Assembly: GCF_009914755.1 (NCBI RefSeq) | Contig: NC_060925.1 | Origin: the human T2T-CHM13v2.0 reference genome, Homo sapiens | DNA length: 64,000 nt | Strand: one strand, 5' to 3' | In this document: positions 57,390-64,000 of the stretch, piece by piece | Layout of the letters: each line of letters starts with the position of its first letter | How positions within the stretch are numbered: the stretch's first letter is position 1 | Made by a program: the position numbers and the translations under genes | Notes under the pieces: generated by a model | Told to the model about the DNA's origin: nothing | Seen by the model: only the letters and a program-made list of their open reading frames with translations | Database searches by the model: none

Positions 57390-57867
57390 TGAGCCACTGC
57401 ACCCCGCCAAAGATGGCCAAATTCTAAGCCAGCAATGCTGACAACTAAGAACAAACCGGTTTATGCCATAGATTCCTCAAAAGGCTCAGGAACTGCCAGA
57501 ACAAAGAGTGGAAGGGGGACTAAAAGAAAGGAGCAAGTGAATGCTGAACAGTTAGAATCCCAGATTTCTTCCAAGCTGCTGAGTGGCCCCACCCTCAATG
57601 TGGCAGGTGACAGATTTCTCTTCTCAAGAGGGTAAACCATACAAGGTGGAAGACATAGGCATCCTAACAGAGACAGATTGTGTGAGCCCAATATACTAAA
57701 TGTTCTTTGGCTCCTTACCCAACCCTCTTTTCCTGAGTTCCCAGATACTGACAACCAGACCTCAACTCTCCAAGCAGAAAACTGGAAGATACTCTCTGGA
57801 AAATATGACTGGGACAAAAGGAAAGATAAATACAGTGGAGACAGCCTCAAACAATCCACCCAGATCA

Positions 57868-58232
57868 ATTATTTCAATCTTGGCTACACACTGGAATTAT
57901 CTTGGCAGCTTTAAAAAATACTGGTGCTAATCTTCGGAGATAGAAATCAGAATAGTGGTCACCTCTAGGCTGGGAGTGAGACAACAGAAGAAAGGGATAT
58001 GAAGGAATTTTCTAGAATTTTTTGCCATGCTCTACATCTTATATCGGTTACATGGTAAAAATCAAACTATACACTTAAATTCTGTGCATTTTACTGTATG
58101 TAGCCACACCTAATTTTTTTAACTATCCCTACCTGGGACCTAGTCTCAGAGATTCTGACGTATTAGCAGCAGGGATTTTTTTTTTTAATTCTCCATGTGA
58201 TTATAATGTGCAGCCGAAGCTGAGAATCACTG
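57868..58232. mobile_element. MER5-like hAT element interrupted by an L1 3' fragment
   Basis: ttcaatcttggctacacactggaattatc...ttctccatgtgattataatgtgcagccgaagctgagaatcactg. Confidence 0.6.
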
Positions 58233-59185
58233 CTTTAGACTCTAGAATATAGGGTAAAACAACATGTCCTTAAGTCCTACTTACAAGTTCAGGACTTCCC
58301 ATCAGCTTTCAGTAGCCCACTGTTAATCATGAACAGACAACCAAGGATTACCAGTCTTCCGAGGAGGGCCTCTACTAATAAGACTATACCAAATAGGAAA
58401 AAAAGTAACTTGGAAGAAACTATGCAAGGAAAAGAAGGTCTAGGCCAGGTGCAGTGCCTCACAGCTGTAGTCCTAGCACTTTGGGAGGCCAAGGTGGACG
58501 GATCACCTGAGGTAAGGAGTTCAAGACCAGCCTGGCCAACATGGTGAAAACCCGGCTCTACTAAAAATACAAAAATTAGCTGGGCATGATGGCAGATGCC
58601 TGTAATCCCAGCTACTTGGAGGGCTGAGACGGGGAATCGCTTGTACCCGGAAGATGGTGGCTGCAGTGAGCCGAGATCACGCCACTGCACTCTAGCCTGG
58701 GTGGCTGAGACTCCGTCTCAAAAAAAAAAAAAGAAAGGCTTAAGAAAACGATTTTTAACATTCTCAGAGAGATAAGAACAGATATGGCACCCATGAAACA
58801 AGAAGAGATGGAGAAATAAGTGACTGAGTAGAGGAGGCTGAACCTACTGGCCTGCAAAAGGGAATACAATCAAGAAACAAGCTGAGGAGTCTCTCTGAGC
58901 CTATTCTGGCTCAGAAGAAGGCTGCCAGATAAAGTGATATAAAAATTTTTTTAATTTAAAAAATAAAAAGAAGCAAGCTGATTTGGCTAACTCACAGAAT
59001 CACAGAAAGGCTCAGAATCTAGGAGCCTAGGAGTTCCCAGGTATAGGGTCAGTGGAGAGGCATGGGGCTAAAGAGAAAGTAAATGGTTTAAAGTTTATGT
59101 AAGGTACAGTTGGACTCTAGTCTAGGTTCCCTCCTCTGCCACCATTCCTATCTCATAAATTTATTTTCTAGAAACTCTGACCTGG

Positions 59186-59542
59186 TGATACGATTTGGCT
59201 CTGTGTCCCCACCCAAATCTCACCTTAAATTGTTAATAATCCCCACATGTCAAGGGCAGGACCAGGTGGAGATAAATGAATCAAAGGGGCAATTTCCCCC
59301 ACCCTGTTATTGTGATAGTGAGTGAGTTCTCACGAGATCTGATGGTTTTACAGGGGGCTTCACCCTTTGCTGGGCATTCATTCGCTCTCCTGTTCCCCTG
59401 TGAAGAGGTGCTTTCCACCATGGTTGTAAGTTTCCTGATGCCTCCCCAGCCATATGGCACTGTAAGTCAATTACACCTCTTTTCTTTATAAATTACCCCG
59501 TCTTGGGTATTCTTCATAGCAGCATGAGAACAGACTAATACA
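59186..59542 (+). mobile_element. THE1 (MaLR) solo LTR, THE1C/D-like
   Basis: tgatacgatttggctctgtgtccccacccaaatctc ... agaacagactaataca. 5-bp TSD cctgg/cctgt. Confidence 0.9.
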
Positions 59543-59689
59543 CCTGTGAGACTCCAGACTCAAGAAAAGTAAAGTAAGGCTCAAGGCTGAAAGCCAAGGG
59601 GTTAAACAGAAGTGTGTTTGATGAAAAGCAGCCCCTGCCCACAGCCCACTTTTCTTTGCCCACCTCTCAAAGTTGGAGAGCTTATATTA

Positions 59690-62370
<2,681 letters not shown>

Positions 62371-62444
62371 AGTTCTAAGATTTATTTGACACAAAGTTCT
62401 CGGAAATCGTAGTTATCATTTTAGAACAGAAAAAAGACCACCTG

Positions 62445-63011
62445 GGCCAGGTGCGCTGGCTCACGCCTGTAATCCCAGCACTTTCGAAGGCCGAAGCGGG
62501 CAGATCATTTGAGGTCAGGAGTTCGAGACCAGCCTGACCAACACGGTGAAACCCCGTTTCTACTAAAAATACAAAAAAAAAAAAAATTAGCCGGGCGTGG
62601 TGATGTACGCCTGTAATCCCAGCTACTAGGGAGGCTGAGGCAGGAGAATATATCCAGCCTAGGCAACAGAGTGAGACTCAGCCATAAAAAAAAAAAAAAA
62701 AGAAAAAAAAAGAAAAGAAAAGAAAAGAAAAAGAAGGCCGGGCACGGTGGCTCACGCCTGTAACCCCAACACTTTGGGAGGCTGAGGCGGGTGGAACACG
62801 AGGTCAAGAGATCAAGACCATCGTGGCCAACATGGTGAAACCTCATCTCTACTAAAAATACAAAAATTAGCTGGGAGTGGTGGCGCGCGCCTGTAGTCCC
62901 AGCTACTCGCGGGGCTGAGGCAGGAGAATTGCTTAAACGCAGGAGGTGGAGGTTGCAGTGAACCAACGTCGCCACTGCACTCCAGTCTGGCGACAGAGCG
63001 AGACTCCCTGT

Positions 63012-63044
<33 letters not shown>

Positions 63045-63051
63045 AGAAAAA
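62445..63051 (+). mobile_element. Tandem Alus with (GAAAA)n tails
   Basis: The first has a right-arm deletion. The second (AluSc-like) begins at 62736 in the tail of the first. Confidence 0.88.
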
Positions 63052-63579
63052 GAGCTTCTGGTACACTGGTGAAATTCTACTAACAAAATTTTAAAACAAA
63101 AAAAGTTACTTACATCAGCTCAGAACAAAGATTAAAAACTACCAGCAGATCACTTTTCTTTAACTTCAGTAAGCACTGGAATTCATTCTTTCGGCAAAGA
63201 AAGGAGTTTATTATTCAACACTGTAACCCAAAGAAAAGATACCACTTCAAGAAAATACTTCTTTTCGAAAGCAGCTCTACCAGCAATAGATAGGAGGAAA
63301 GCGAGGAAACCATTCCAAAAGGCTTGGTTTAACTCTTGGGTGAAAGGATGCCAAATGAGATGATCTAAGAAGCCCCAAAGACAGACAGACAGACAGACAC
63401 AGGGAAATCACAGCAACTCTTTTGAGTGGAAACACCAACACCACAATCCAACCTACCGGAAATCCTGAGGTTAATTTGAGGCTTGCCCCACTAGTCATAA
63501 GGTGATTCAGGAATGGCTACAAACTCTTCTCAAGTTCATTCTGGACCTGGCACATCTGTCTTGCCCATCAGCAGCCTGG

Positions 63580-64000
63580 AGACACGCCATGCGCAGAATC
63601 CCGGAGGCCAAGTAAAGACGCCAACTTTGCAAGTCAGGGGGGCGAGTGCTCTCGCCCCTCAGGTCCCCAAAGGGAACCGACTTCTGGCCTCGAGGGTGGG
63701 GTGCAGGGTCAGTGTCCTCCACGGGATTTACGAGGACGTGCCCCCGAAGCTGCTCCCTCCACCGCCCTGGGACGCCACAGTTAGACCCGCCGACGAGTTT
63801 CTTCCCCAGCGCCCACGAGAAGGAGGGCTGCGGGCGGCGGCGGCGGCGACAGGCGAGGAAGCGAGTGCAGGGAACTTAGGCCCTGGCGGGGCCAGGCGCG
63901 CCCGCCCCGCTCCCACAGCAAAACTTGCGGCGGCCCCCGCCCGCCGCGCCTCGGCCCAGCTGTGCGCCAGCGGAACACGGACTCACCGCCCGCCCGGCCT
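63580..64000. promoter_or_regulatory. CpG island / EVI5 promoter-proximal region with GC boxes and a short (GGC)n tract
   Basis: Abrupt rise in GC and CpG density. Several CCGCCC/GGGCGG motifs. (GGC)5 at ~63833-63848. Confidence 0.85.
63987..64000 (-). other. EVI5: 3' end of EVI5 CpG-island first exon (likely 5' UTR), runs off the window
   Basis: Minus strand reads GGGCGGGCG|gtgagtcc, a near-consensus donor inside a CpG island, upstream of and on the same strand as the EVI5 exon. Confidence 0.75.

Noticed and set aside
57461-57868. 135-aa minus-strand ORF
   Set aside because: No recognisable domain or splice signals. It lies in what looks like degraded old L1 sequence.

Overview
Primate (very likely human) genomic DNA from the 5' part of EVI5, which lies on the minus strand. 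The window holds one EVI5 coding exon (15626-15855, VATDKVAEK...EEQNR), a CpG-island first-exon donor at the far end (63987), and the ~48 kb intron between them. The rest is intronic and dense with repeats: about 60 Alu/FLAM pieces (roughly 3:1 on the + strand), old and young L1 fragments, a MER11 solo LTR, THE1/MLT1/MER57-type LTRs, and Tigger/hAT-derived DNA transposons. Three processed pseudogenes are present: ZFAND1, an H3-3A fragment and CCNJ. Almost all ORFs in the supplied track are Alu/L1 artefacts. I find no evidence for a new multi-gene biological system. The most unusual signals are a 198-bp templated insertion with inverted-repeat flanks, an Alu plus its flank copied across 24 kb that truncates the H3.3 pseudogene, a 34-bp fold-back hairpin, a probable L1 3' transduction, a candidate in-frame alternative first coding exon for EVI5, and an alternative splice junction fossilised in the ZFAND1 retrocopy. 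Gene and repeat identities come from remembered sequences, not database searches. Repeat boundaries and subfamily names are by eye and approximate.
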